Part shown: one piece after another, positions 1-11,138 of the stretch
Layout of the letters: every line of letters begins with the position of its first letter
Numbering within the stretch: the stretch's first letter is position 1
From: Octopus bimaculoides
Taxonomy: Eukaryota
Assembly: GCF_001194135.2 (NCBI RefSeq)
Contig: NC_068983.1
Coordinates: 62,124,359-62,188,358 of the forward strand
DNA length: 64,000 nt
Direction of reading: 5' to 3'
Position numbers and translations under genes: made by a program
Notes under the pieces: model-generated
The model's database searches: none
The model's input: only the letters and a program-made list of their open reading frames with translations
Told to the model about the DNA's origin: nothing

Positions 1-1
1 A

Positions 2-206
2 TACATAACAAAAACACCAGGACTTACAAATATATATAACATACAGAAAATTGCACTACTGGGCACTGCACACATCCTACGCAAAACACTTTCAATACAG
101 TAACCATAAGAGCATCACAGCAAACCACAGCACATACCCAAGGCACACAGAGCTGCGCTTGGTAGTGAAGTGAAAGCACGTTATAAAAATAAAACTACTG
201 AACAAT
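2..206 (+). mobile_element. 3' end of R4/Dong-like RLE non-LTR retrotransposon (subfamily 1): ORF C-terminus plus 3' UTR
   Basis: Frame 2 (2-103) reads YITKTPGLTNIYNIQKIALLGTAHILRKTLSIQ*, the typical terminus of RLE-type LINE ORFs. 92-206 matches 5125-5239 with 4 mismatches in 115 nt. A (TAA)n tail follows. Confidence 0.88.
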
Positions 207-236
207 AATAATAATAGTAATGATAATAATAATAAT

Positions 237-304
<68 letters not shown>

Positions 305-329
305 GAAGAAGAAGAAGAAGAAGAAGAAT
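204..329. repeat. Compound trinucleotide microsatellite (TAA)n/(CAA)n/(AAG)n, tail of the upstream LINE
   Basis: Directly visible. Confidence 0.95.
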
Positions 330-515
330 ATGGGGACAGTATCAGAAGGCATCAAGAGGAATATAAAGGGTTTGTCTCCTTGGCACGCCCAGGATAATCA
401 GGAAAATATTAGCTAGTTGAAAAGAACGGATTGCATGGTACCATAGGATGTTGGTAGTAAACCCACTACGCATGAAAAACTCAATGAGTTCCCACAAAAC
501 CTGCGATAAAAAGGA
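330..515 (+). mobile_element. Very short 3' fragment of a second R4/Dong-like subfamily
   Basis: Reads ..RVCLLGTPRIIRKILAS* (TGA 418-420), homologous to the LLGTAHILRK terminus. About 95 nt of 3' UTR and then (TAA)n/(GAT)n follow. Confidence 0.65.
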
Positions 516-531
516 AATAATAATAATAATA

Positions 532-564
<33 letters not shown>

Positions 565-609
565 GTTTTAGTGATGATGATGATGATGATTATGATGATA
601 GCTCTGTAG

Positions 610-808
610 GGTAGTGGTTTCAAATTTTGATATAAGGTCAGCAATTTCAAGGGAGTGGATAAGTCGATTACAGCGACCCCATTGCTCAACTGGTACCTTG
701 TTTTATCATCGTACAAAGGATGATAGGCAATGCTGACCTTAGTGGAATTTGAACTCAGAGCGTAATGATGGACGAAATGCAGCTAAGCATTTTTCCAGAC
801 ATCCTAAT
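610..808 (-). mobile_element. tRNA-derived SINE, family A (degenerate copy)
   Basis: Contains ggaatttgaactcagagcgtaatgatggacgaaatgcagctaagcattt (reverse-complement B box) and gtcgattacagcgaccccattgctcaactggtac. Homologous to 6865-7070, 18001-18160 and 46300-46497. Confidence 0.8.
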
Positions 809-2161
809 GCATACACAAGCACGTACACACATAGACACACACAAACATAAATATGCATAATTACGTACAATTATCTAAGATTGGCTAGATTCTCTTGCAT
901 TCACAAAAATATATTCACGCGAAGTCTATTGTTTCGTATCATTAGTGCACTTCTCACTTCCCATTCAAGATATCTATTAATTATTTGAGGTTTTCAGAGG
1001 TAAAAATATTTAGCAATATCATTGTAACGATTTAATCAAAATAGCTATTATTCAGTTACTCAACTACAGTAAAAAAAAAGCCATTAGAAACACTTTCTGC
1101 ACGAATAAGTAAATCAGAAACGGTTTCTACATGCAAAACAAAATATAAAGAATAATTCTGTTAACATATTGAATGCAGAGATTATCGAAAAACTTAATTG
1201 AGAATATTCATGTGTTGGTGGAAAACCAATACTAGTCCGAGTTTAATATTTATATTTTTTCCAGTAATAAAAAAAAACAACTTTATAGCATGTTTTGATT
1301 TCATTATGACCTTATTCACCATACAGGACTAGAGATAGAAAAATCACTCAGTGTATGTACACAAATGTAGATTGATTGACGTTTGAAAATGAAACTGTTT
1401 ACAGAATAAATAACTGGCAGATAAGTTGTTTACAGCATTTAATGCTAGAGAGTATTAAGAATATTGTATTTCGGGACGGTCATTTTTTTAATTTTTGCCA
1501 AATAAGCATAGGCACTATATATTTGGTCTTCACTTCTGCTTTATTATTGTTTTTTTTTAGTGTCCTTTCTCTGAAATCTCTCGTTATACATCCCGCGATC
1601 TCTTCAGCAACTCTCCATTCCACGTGTCTCCTTCTGTTCTGTTTAGTGCACCATGTCTTTCGATGGTGTGTATCCTTATTCGCGCATGCGTTTGCAATTG
1701 TACCTCTGTATGTGTGTGTGTGTGTGTGTGTGTTTGTGTGTGCGCTCGCGCGCTCGCTTGTCTCTGTGTTTATATATGTATTTTGTGCGTATGTATATGG
1801 ATTTGCTTATTAAGAACCTAATTAGAAATTACTATACAGTAAGTATGAAATAAAATCAGTGTCGAATTCTTCTTCCGTTTAACACCAACTTAAGTATTTT
1901 TCACTTGCGAATGGGTTGTCGTAATTAATCGTTTCTAATTAGTACAAGAATGATACCATATTTACGTTACTCTGGAAAAATATTATAATAAAATTGAAGA
2001 TAAGGATATCTTTCCTAGATTCCTATACTACGTAATCTTTATCCTATCTTGAATTAAATAAGTTAATATTTACTCAAATGTTGTGTAACTGTAAGTTTGC
2101 ACGTCACATTTCGTGAGGTGTATAGTTTGTTTTATATTTTAAGCAAAAGTTAATAAAACAG

Positions 2162-2169
2162 TACACACA

Positions 2170-2228
<59 letters not shown>

Positions 2229-2256
2229 AAACACACACACACACAAACACACACAC
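2162..2256. repeat. (CA)n microsatellite
   Basis: Directly visible. Confidence 0.95.
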
Positions 2257-2629
2257 ATATTTATAAGTATGTATGTACGTATGTCTATTTCCTATCAAAC
2301 CAAAGATTAAAATTTTAGTTCTTATGGAGGATAGGATAAATGCCGCCTAGCGAAACAGAACTGGGTTAAAACTTTTATATATTACAGTATATAATCATTA
2401 GAGCTTCTAGGCGAAAGCAAAAAAATAGTATTCAATACCTGATGTAGAGTTTAACACTTTCTGCGCTGCATACACACACATAATCACACATGCGTATTAA
2501 TTGTTTTTGTTTACCATAATTTCATTTGAAATAGGTTGCCATATGTTGCAAGTTTTTTATCGGGTGTTCAGTGTCTGCCATTAAATTTAGGGACTCGACT
2601 TAATTTTGTTAATTAATTCTAACCATAAT

Positions 2630-2667
2630 TATCTATCTATTTATCCATCCTTCTGTCTGTCTGTCTA

Positions 2668-2762
<95 letters not shown>

Positions 2763-2915
2763 CTCTGTCTGTCTAGTTGTCTGTCGGTCGTTCTATCAAT
2801 CGAACTAGCTACCTACCAGTCTGTGTATCAGTTTGTATGTATGTATGTATGTATGTATGGATGTATGTATGTTTGTATGTATGTATGTATGCATATATGT
2901 GTGTGTGAATATGTG

Positions 2916-2946
<31 letters not shown>

Positions 2947-2986
2947 TGTATGTATGTAATGTATGTATGTAATGTATGTATGTATG
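2630..2986. repeat. (TCTG)n/(TCTA)n and (TATG)n tetranucleotide microsatellites
   Basis: Directly visible. Confidence 0.95.
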
Positions 2987-3301
2987 CTGAATGCTTCTGG
3001 TAATAATGTATCTAGGAAAATACTCCGAGGTAAGACCTGAGTATTCACATTCTGGTCCTTCCAGCCGATGTTGTTTCGCCGAAAAGAAAACTGTTCTATA
3101 TGAAAAGAGGCTGCACTTCTCTGCGCATTTCATTCACTATAATCGATTCTTGAGGCGATGAGAAATGGTGGAACATAAAGCATCATCCATTTGGAAGTAT
3201 GTAAATTGAAAACCTGCTGGTAGGTAGCTTGGAATATTTGTCTCTTCTTTCCCCAATTATACGATAAAAGTATTAGACATTACATCTTATGATTGAGTAA
3301 C

Positions 3302-3375
3302 CTTTTCCAAGGGCAGTACTTTTCCAAGGGTAGTACTTTTCCAAGGGTAATACTTTTCCAAGGGTAATACTTTTC
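3302..3375. repeat. 17-bp minisatellite, about 4.3 copies (CTTTTCCAAGGGYARTA)
   Basis: cttttccaagggcagta / cttttccaagggtagta / cttttccaagggtaata x2, then a partial copy. Confidence 0.9.
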
Positions 3376-4094
3376 CTCTCTTAATAAGAACGCACTTCGA
3401 TTAGTTGGTACAAACATTACTCGCCTAATTCTGGAATTGCAGACTTGTGGCTGGTGTTTCTCTGCTTTTATAACGTTCTAAGAAGTATTAGCACTTAGCC
3501 ACCATTTGAGTTCCACCGTGCATGTAGTATTAAGTTGACTTAATAATGTTTATTAAGTTCGCTGCAGAAATACGACACCTGGGTCCGTTTTCACGATGTG
3601 GCATCTTGGGAAAGTGTCTTTTATCGCGTCTTCAGGTCCACTGTATACTTATAAGTGAAATTGAGTTGACAGAAACTCTGCAGAGGCTCATCGGATCACT
3701 TGTAATTGTAATCTATCAATTCAGTTTCATAACACACTGCCGCGCTAATACTGGCTGAGGATTACGTTGAACTCACCTTAACATAAAATACACAGTTGAC
3801 AAACCTTCTTTATGGTCGGTAAATATAAGATGGCCCCACCAAGATGAATTGAAGAGAGCTGCTATCAAGAGAAACAGGATTTTGTATAACTGCCATGTGT
3901 TTTTTGGAGTTTCAGAGCAATGACATATATTGTCATCGACTTAAATCTGTCCGTAATAAATATGGGAATATTGAACAATTAAAATTATATTTTCTGTAAT
4001 GTTAAGTTAAACATTTGCTTATGTATCTTGGAGAGTTGGGGTAACTTTAAGGTAATTTGACAGAGGGAGGTATACTATCACAGAATCATTTTAG

Positions 4095-4230
4095 GTTTTG
4101 ATCTGCTAGAAATAGCTGCCAAAATTCTTCAAATCATACCTGCCACCTTAAAAGTGATATACTGAATAACATTGTCTTAGATACACAAACTTTGAAATAG
4201 CAAATGGAATAATCATTGTTCGAATATTTT
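4095..4230. mobile_element. Degenerate interspersed repeat (family D), opposite orientation to the copies at 13185 and 42205
   Basis: ctgctagaaatagctgccaaaattcttcaaatcataccc-like core is the reverse complement of the gtgtgatttgag...ttgctaatttcagc core in the other copies. Confidence 0.45.
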
Positions 4231-4749
4231 TTTTTATCAAATATCTGTTCGATGCAGACTGAACAAGAAGTAATCAACAACAACGACGATTTGCGTCGCA
4301 TTCATATATTATGATTAGACTCACAAATAAGGGTGCACTCCCAACGACAGGAAAACTATCCTTATTACTTAATTTTAATGTTTATCATGATAAGCAGATC
4401 GATAAAAGGTTTACAAAGTTCACTAGCAACAGCTCAAGTCGACATGAATAAGAAAATGACACAACATTTCAGACGAATTCAATGCGATAGATATTTACAC
4501 TGCACTGAAATCACTGGCTTGGTTTTGGTCTTAAATAAGTAATTGGATTAGAGGACCAGCCCGATATCTAAAACTTCAAACGGGATTTTCTATCCAATAT
4601 TAAATATAGTACCGAGGATGTTTGTTTCTAGATTTCCCTGATTTGATATTCTAATAATAATAATAATGTCAATAGAAATATTAATAACCGAGAAAACTTT
4701 AAAAAGAAAAAAACACCTAAGGTGAGAATTAGGAACTTATTATTATTAT

Positions 4750-4802
<53 letters not shown>

Positions 4803-4805
<3 letters not shown>

Positions 4806-5239
4806 GAAAAAAGATGGTATAAACACACGCCAGAAAAGGTCACAGAAAACGAGAAAACAACCATACTCTGGGATATACCAATACACACAGATAGAGAAAT
4901 TAAGGAAAATAGACCAGATATAGTTGTCAAAGATCATGAAGAAAAAAAATGCTTTCTAATTGATGTATCAATACCAGCAGATGACAACGTTTCTCTAAAA
5001 GAAATGGAAAAACTTTCAAAATACAAAGACCTGGAAATAGAGGTAACTCGAATGTGGAATCTAAAAACAGAAACAATTCCTATTATAGTAGGTGCCTTAG
5101 GTATAATAAAAAAANNNNNNNNNNTCAATACAGTAACCATAAGAGCACCACAGCAAACCACAGCACATACCCAAGGCGCACAGAGCTGCGCTCGGTAGTG
5201 AAATGAAAGCACGTTATAAAAATAAAACTACTGAACAAT
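4803..5239 (+). mobile_element. 5'-truncated R4/Dong-like element (subfamily 1): RLE endonuclease domain plus 3' UTR, with (TAA)n on both sides
   Basis: KRWYKHTPEKVTENEKTTILWDIPIHTDREIKENRPDIVVKDHEEKKCFLIDVSIPADDNVSLKEMEKLSKYKDLEIEVTRMWNLKTETIPIIVGALG carries the PD..D..K..KY RLE motif. Stop at 5134-5136 after a 10-N gap. Confidence 0.92.
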
Positions 5240-5253
5240 GATAATAATAATAG

Positions 5254-5790
5254 TTATTATGTACATTGCTTTGTCTTGGTATAAAAGATGGGCTACAGCA
5301 AATATTCTGCTCAATACCTCAGATTTGCTTGTCAGTTGTTTGACCATAACCAGTTGAACATGTCCCTTGGTGGCTGACGATATGTGCATCTCTGATCATC
5401 AGCAGAAGTAATGGGGGGAGCGTCATAGCCATGTGTTGAGAGGAAATCTTTGGGGTTTGAATAATTCACCTTTGGAAACATGGGTGTTTTGCTCAACATC
5501 CTTAAGCAAACCTTATTCAGGGACCTTTTGAGCTACTCGACCTGACGAAAATTCTAACTGGGCCCCACCTGCGAGATCATGCGCTGTTTATCTTGATATG
5601 AGATCACCGTGTCGCGCACATATGGTTGTGATGCATGTGNNNNNNNNNNTCTTGATATGAGATCACCGTGTCGCGCACATATGGTTGTGATGCATGTGCC
5701 TGGTGTACTCTTATCAGACGGGTAGTTATGATGGGTATATTGAGCTTCGCATATTTTATCCCAGTGTCACTTTGATGGCATACACTGAGA
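5254..5790. other. Unclassified non-coding segment, more GC-rich than the background, between two (TAA)n tracts; probably an interspersed repeat
   Basis: No recognisable protein motif. Composition shifts against the flanks and it is bounded by TAA arrays. Only one copy is present in this window. Confidence 0.4.
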
Positions 5791-5796
5791 AAAAAA

Positions 5797-5801
5797 TAAT
5801 G

Positions 5802-5884
<83 letters not shown>

Positions 5885-5947
5885 AAGAAGAAGAAGAAGC
5901 AATATTAAGAAAAGGTGATAATGATGAAGATGACGATGATGATGATA

Positions 5948-6003
<56 letters not shown>

Positions 6004-6012
6004 AATGATGAT
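5797..6012. repeat. Compound (TAA)n-(GAA)n-(GAT)n microsatellite
   Basis: Directly visible. Confidence 0.95.
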
Positions 6013-6109
6013 GCAACTGCTGCTGGTGGTGATGATGGCAAAACCTCCAGTAAAAAAATAATTAGCAGAATATATGAAAAACTTGAAGAAAATATGAATA
6101 TTGGGAATA

Positions 6110-6860
6110 AGCAATTACACTAAATACAGACTTTGAGATACTGTGAAATTAATGAATCAGACAGACAACATTATGTACACATAAAAGCAAATATCAGGAA
6201 CGATTATTATAGACGCTTTATAATAATACTTAAAACAGAGCTAAATGTAAGAAATCACGGTAATAGGCATTAATACTTTAGCTATCTCAGAAATATGTTA
6301 TAATTATATTCTCAAATGGGCGCTAAATAAATTAACTGGGTTAGACATGAAAAATCAAGCAAAATAACAACTGCATTTAGAATATGGCAGACCAAATCTG
6401 ACACGCAAAGATTATATTTATCAGGAATACCGCAAAAAATGTTATAAAATATATTTACCATGAATGCGTAAAATATATAAAATATTCACGCTTGAATCAT
6501 AAAAATATTGGTAATAAAAATGAAAAAGTAATAGATATAACAGCAAAATGAAAATAACAAAAAGAAACAATGTCTTTTACCTTCAAGAAAACTAACAAAT
6601 ACAAAACAAAGGTTCAAATAATAGATAGTTCTGAAGAGAAATGAAGTAGGATACAAATTGTAAAAGGATAAAAAAAAATTAAAAAAAAAGAATAGAAAAA
6701 TAGCTAAGTCGATGTTTTGTATTATGAAGCTAAAATGAGAGCTACAAACGTTCCTTATTGACCAATAAAAAAGTAAATGAAGTGCAGAGGGCATAAGTTT
6801 GACTGAATAAGAGAAGATCAAATCCTTTCTACAAGAAACCACCAATAATGTATAAGCCTT
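6110..6860 (+). mobile_element. Old, degraded R4/Dong-like element, 5' part (post-RT/thumb region)
   Basis: Frameshifted motifs IKANIRNDYYRRFIIILKTELN, VIGINTLAI, KSDTQRLYLSG and EDQILSTRNHQ correspond to the R4/Dong motifs KEYYRRIRKILKTELN, INTLAI, KSDVDRLYLPR and QDQSLPTRNYQ. Confidence 0.65.
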
Positions 6861-6864
6861 TTTA

Positions 6865-7070
6865 CGATAGACACAAGACCCAAAATTTGGGGTCAAGGGA
6901 CTAGTCGATTATATCGACCGCAGTATTCAACTGGTGCTTATTTCATCAACCCCAAATGAATGAAAGGCAAAATCGACCTCGTCGGATTTTGAACCCAGAA
7001 CGTAAAGATGGACGAAATACCGCTGAGCCTTTTGTCCGGCGTGTTGACGATTGTAGCATTTCACTGTCTT
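6865..7070 (-). mobile_element. tRNA-derived SINE, family A
   Basis: tgaaaggcaaaatcgacctcgtcggattttgaacccagaacgtaaagatggacgaaataccgctgagc; homologous to the other family A copies. Confidence 0.85.
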
Positions 7071-7219
7071 CACCAATGGTATATAGTACAGTAACATAGA
7101 TAGGATGAATCTCGATCATAATTTCCGAACATGAGTGTACAGTTTTGCGATCAACTGAACAACAAGGCTCATTATATTAGCGTGTAAACAGTTAACTATT
7201 CTAGAAACACATGTACTTA

Positions 7220-7412
7220 TAGTATAATTATCAAATGGAATTACGTGGTACGTGTGACATGGACTTCTATAGTTTCTTTGGAACCAATTTTATTAACATC
7301 GAATGGGTCAACCTGGAGCCACAAAAAATGATACTTGCTGAAGTTATAATGAAGCGGAAACGAAACCTAGATTTCAAAGCAAACCTTTTTAACTAATTGG
7401 CCATACTGCACC
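7220..7412 (-). mobile_element. Degenerate tRNA-derived SINE head and body, directly downstream of the 5S-derived sequence
   Basis: Minus strand GGTGCAGTA-TGGCCAATTAG (A box-like)...GGTTTCGTTTCC (B box-like)...CAGCAAGTATCATTTTTT, resembling the heads at 22251 and 23345. Confidence 0.5.
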
Positions 7413-7423
7413 TGATGTAGTGT

Positions 7424-7538
7424 GCACAGCACCTAGGTTTCCCAGGTGGTCACTCATCTAAGTACTAATCTGGTTCGGCGTTGATAAACTTCTGTAACCG
7501 AATTACAACCACAATGTTCAACTGATATGGATATAAGC
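7424..7538 (-). pseudogene. 5S rRNA-derived sequence (pseudogene or SINE3-type head)
   Basis: Minus strand CCATATCAGTTGAACA...GAAGTTTATCAACGCCGAACCAGATTAGTACTTAGATGAGTGACCACCTGGGAAACCTAGGTGCTGT is collinear with eukaryotic 5S rRNA (GAAGCTAAGC...GGTTAGTACTTGGATGGGAGACCGCCTGGGAATACCGGGTGCTGT). It has many substitutions and no T-run terminator. Confidence 0.82.
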
Positions 7539-7559
7539 GAAGCAGAGTAGATTAAGGAC

Positions 7560-8010
7560 CAGCATAATATGTGGAAATTCAGAAGACACAATTCCTCACC
7601 ATGTCCCTGCATGTCAGTTGGAACATAAACTTCATTTTAAGCAAGTATTATGAAAATGTGACAAGAAAGAGGCGGCAGAAAGATAAACTACAAAAGATCT
7701 AGGGAATGTTAATGTAATCTTACTATGGGATATATCAATACACATAAACAGGGAAGATCAAGTCTTATGAACAGAATGGTGTCAAGAGCAATCCCGAAAG
7801 CATATGTTACCTGGCTGAAGTATGAATCCACTCAACTATGGATACATTACTCAAGAATAAAAATTTAGAAATAAAAATAGCTAGAAAATGAAGATTGGAA
7901 AGAAAACCGTCTATAATAATCAAGTGTTGGGAAATGCAGAAAAGATCTGCAGACAAATTCATTAACCAAACTCTAGGGCATAAAAATATGCAAATCACTA
8001 TTAAACATTC
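7560..8010 (+). mobile_element. Old, degraded R4/Dong-like element, 3' part (CCHC knuckle plus RLE); continuation of 6110-6860
   Basis: IICGNSEDTIPHHVPAC (decayed CCHC), VILLWDISIHINRE and NLEIKIARK*RL, with frameshifts and stops. Confidence 0.6.
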
Positions 8011-8159
8011 CGTATAAATTATATAGGTTACTTTAATAGAATAGAATATAAAAAGCCAACAGAAAATATAAAGAGAAACACTGCACATTCAATTAGTATA
8101 CAGATATACACGAAGAAAAATGCTGCATATTTCATTAGTATACAGCGGATACTGTCTGT

Positions 8160-8960
8160 TCGAATACACGTTCACTCACCTCTGCATGCTCTACATGCCC
8201 CATCTTTCCAAATAAACATGTTTACTAATTCCTGCTGCGTTTCATGAAATTTGCTAAGGTAACCACTAATGTAGTCATTCGTATTTGGTGCCTCAAACAG
8301 TACATGACATTCATTTGCGTTTCCAAACCGGAAACTACTCCTGGTAGATTACGACACCAAATATCTTTGGAAATACAGCACAATAGCACACCAGTAGATC
8401 CGCCGAAAAATCCTGTGTGCATCGTCATCGTCCCGTAAAACATTCTCAACATATTGCTGCTCATAACCACCATAAAAGCTCTATAGAATGCAAGGCTGGA
8501 TTGGTTGATATGGGGATGTAAACGTCTAGCACAATTTCATTCGTTATGTCAAATTTCTATTTTCAGCGTACGCTTCATACACAACTGCAGCTCAATCAAA
8601 CTGACAAGTGAGGGAAATGCGTGTCTTAAACGTGACAACCAGACCTGCTCATCGTCTAGAAATATCTACACGTTGTCGCAACTGCTACATGCATGGGATC
8701 TGTGGAAAGGCTATTAGAGACGGGTATCCTAAACACTTGGAATCAACCACTTTCAAAGACTCGTAAGTGATGATGTTCCTGTCTGACAAGATGTTGTTTG
8801 CAGTAAAGCACAATGTCAGTCGGTACTACTTCAGCACATCATATGAGATATTCGCTACACCCGCTCAACATTTCACAGATAGATTCCTTTCAGCTGTTTC
8901 TGTGACATTTGCTATATCACTAGTAATGATTAATATGCTTTTCCTCTCCTGCGAGTACTA
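8160..8960 (-). mobile_element. Possible heavily decayed pogo/Tigger (DDE_1) transposase remnant
   Basis: Minus-strand translation with stops gives K*YRLTLCFTAN, AENRNLT, QPCIL*SFYGGYEQQYVENVL and STRSSFRFG. These are collinear with pogo motifs (KDRLT..CAN, NLTNVKL, LQPCD.GII.SFK..YR, TI.NCFRKAGF). No TIRs found. Confidence 0.38.
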
Positions 8961-11007
8961 ATCATATATCGCATATTTTAACGGGACACTCAAAATCCAA
9001 AGACAGACACCAACCAGCAAGTTCTGAGTCGCCAGCCCGCCGATTAACGGCGATTGTTAGAAATATACGTTTATCCTATATTCAAACGCACAATAGTCAA
9101 TTAATTAATATTTCCTTACAGCAGGTAAAAGTCAATTTAAGGCAAACTAAGATTTATAAATCATCGTTACACTTGGCTGACCTTAGAAGTCACATTGATC
9201 TAATTTTATAAATGCTTTTTATAACTGAAACACGGATTATGGTGACAAAGAAACTTATTACACTCCTTAACAATGGCTTCATATTATCTTGCAGTTTTGC
9301 GACAGAACTATATGTGTGAATCTGTTATAGTACCTCAACTGATTCATATGTAAATTCCGTAATGCCCCTTTGGCCCTGAAGATATTTCTCTCAAAACCTT
9401 AAAAATGCAAAGTTATCTTATTTTATATATTTTGTAATTTGTATTGAGTATAAATTGAAACGATTGTAGGCAAGGTTAGTTAATTAAAAATTAATTTATA
9501 TGTATTATATCTCTCTCTACATTCTTACTTAATAATAGTTCACACGCACACACACACACATACACACACATATAAGTCTGTATGTATATCATTTAATAAA
9601 CATAGGATTCAAATGCCACCTACTAGAAGTTTTGTGCTAGGCTGGATATGGGAATCATGCGAGCTTGTATTAACGTGTCATGTACTATCTTGCAACACCT
9701 TAAACTCAAATTGAATATGGCTGATGGTTTGCTGAAAAATTAAACAGCACTCTATAGATGCTCTTCCGATTATTGTAATATCAAAGCGTTAAAGTTATAG
9801 TAGCTCACATTTAAAGCCTGGATTTATTAAATTATATTTATCGCTTGCTGGACGGAGAACTCTTTTGTTGATTCTACCAATATATAACTTAGATCTAGGT
9901 TCAAACGCATTCCAGTCATTACTAAATCGATATTCCTAAGAGTTCGCTATTTAAATCGCCTGACTCTTTTCAAAATAGAAGGGTGTAATTTGTGGGATTT
10001 TGATAGCTATTCTTACCAGACCTGGTAAACACAAAGTGGATTTCCTACGGCAGTTCTTTCAAAGTGAGCGGTAAGTGGATTGTAAGATCGTAATACAAGA
10101 AAGAAATGGCCATGTGCCAACTAAATGGCTACGTGTCAAGACTGGTGGCAGATTATCTCTTCAGTAAAATAATATTCACTGACCAATATGTGTAAATGTT
10201 TACATACCTATGTGTGCATGCGTTACACATTTTCTCGTTACATTTCTCTGATTCTACCTCAGGCAAAACAATTTAGATTTATGAAGCAGAAATGAGAAAA
10301 ATGATAATAGAGATTTAAAGGAAATTAATTATCCAATGAACATTGTGTAAAAAGTCACATATTTTTCCTCTAGTTCTTAGAGGAAATTCTGTACTCTATA
10401 TCACAAAATAATGCATACGTGTTCTATAGTTAGGCATAAAGCCAGGTTTGTGCTGGAAAGAAGTATAGTCGCTTAATTTTACTGGTTCTTGTTTCATTGA
10501 TTTCGGAGCAAGGGTAATTAAGCTTAGCACTTGCGATATTTCGACTCAAACTTAATGGGTTGAAAATATACACTGAAACGAAATTTGTTCTCAATTACCT
10601 CCACTAGCCCAATTTATGCATCTATATTCATAGACTTTTTATATATTCTCTAACTATTGTATGAGGCAATACTGCATATTCTTGGGATAAGAATTTGATA
10701 TAATTGATGGACGGAAATTGCAATTAGAGAATTACTTGTAATAGTTTTTCGCAGACATGAAAAGAATTCATAAATACAGAACCATAACAGATTGAGACTC
10801 TGTATCAGTCATATCTTTATAAAAATTATAACAGTTAGTGGTACAAATGCATGCAAAAATTCATGCCTTCTTTCATATTCGGTTTTCAGAGAAGAAATCA
10901 ATCTGAAACTACTACTTCAATATTCTTTACAATTTAAAGCATCACTCGCATCCAAATACAACTACTGTAACGTAATGTAAAATACTCCAGGACCACACCC
11001 ACACACA

Positions 11008-11138
<131 letters not shown>

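Noticed and set aside
3302-3375. CRISPR-like array
   Set aside because: The units are contiguous with no unique spacers, and the context is eukaryotic.
5591-5698. 49-bp direct duplication flanking a 10-N gap
   Set aside because: Identical sequence on both sides of a scaffold gap is an unmerged contig overlap, not biology.
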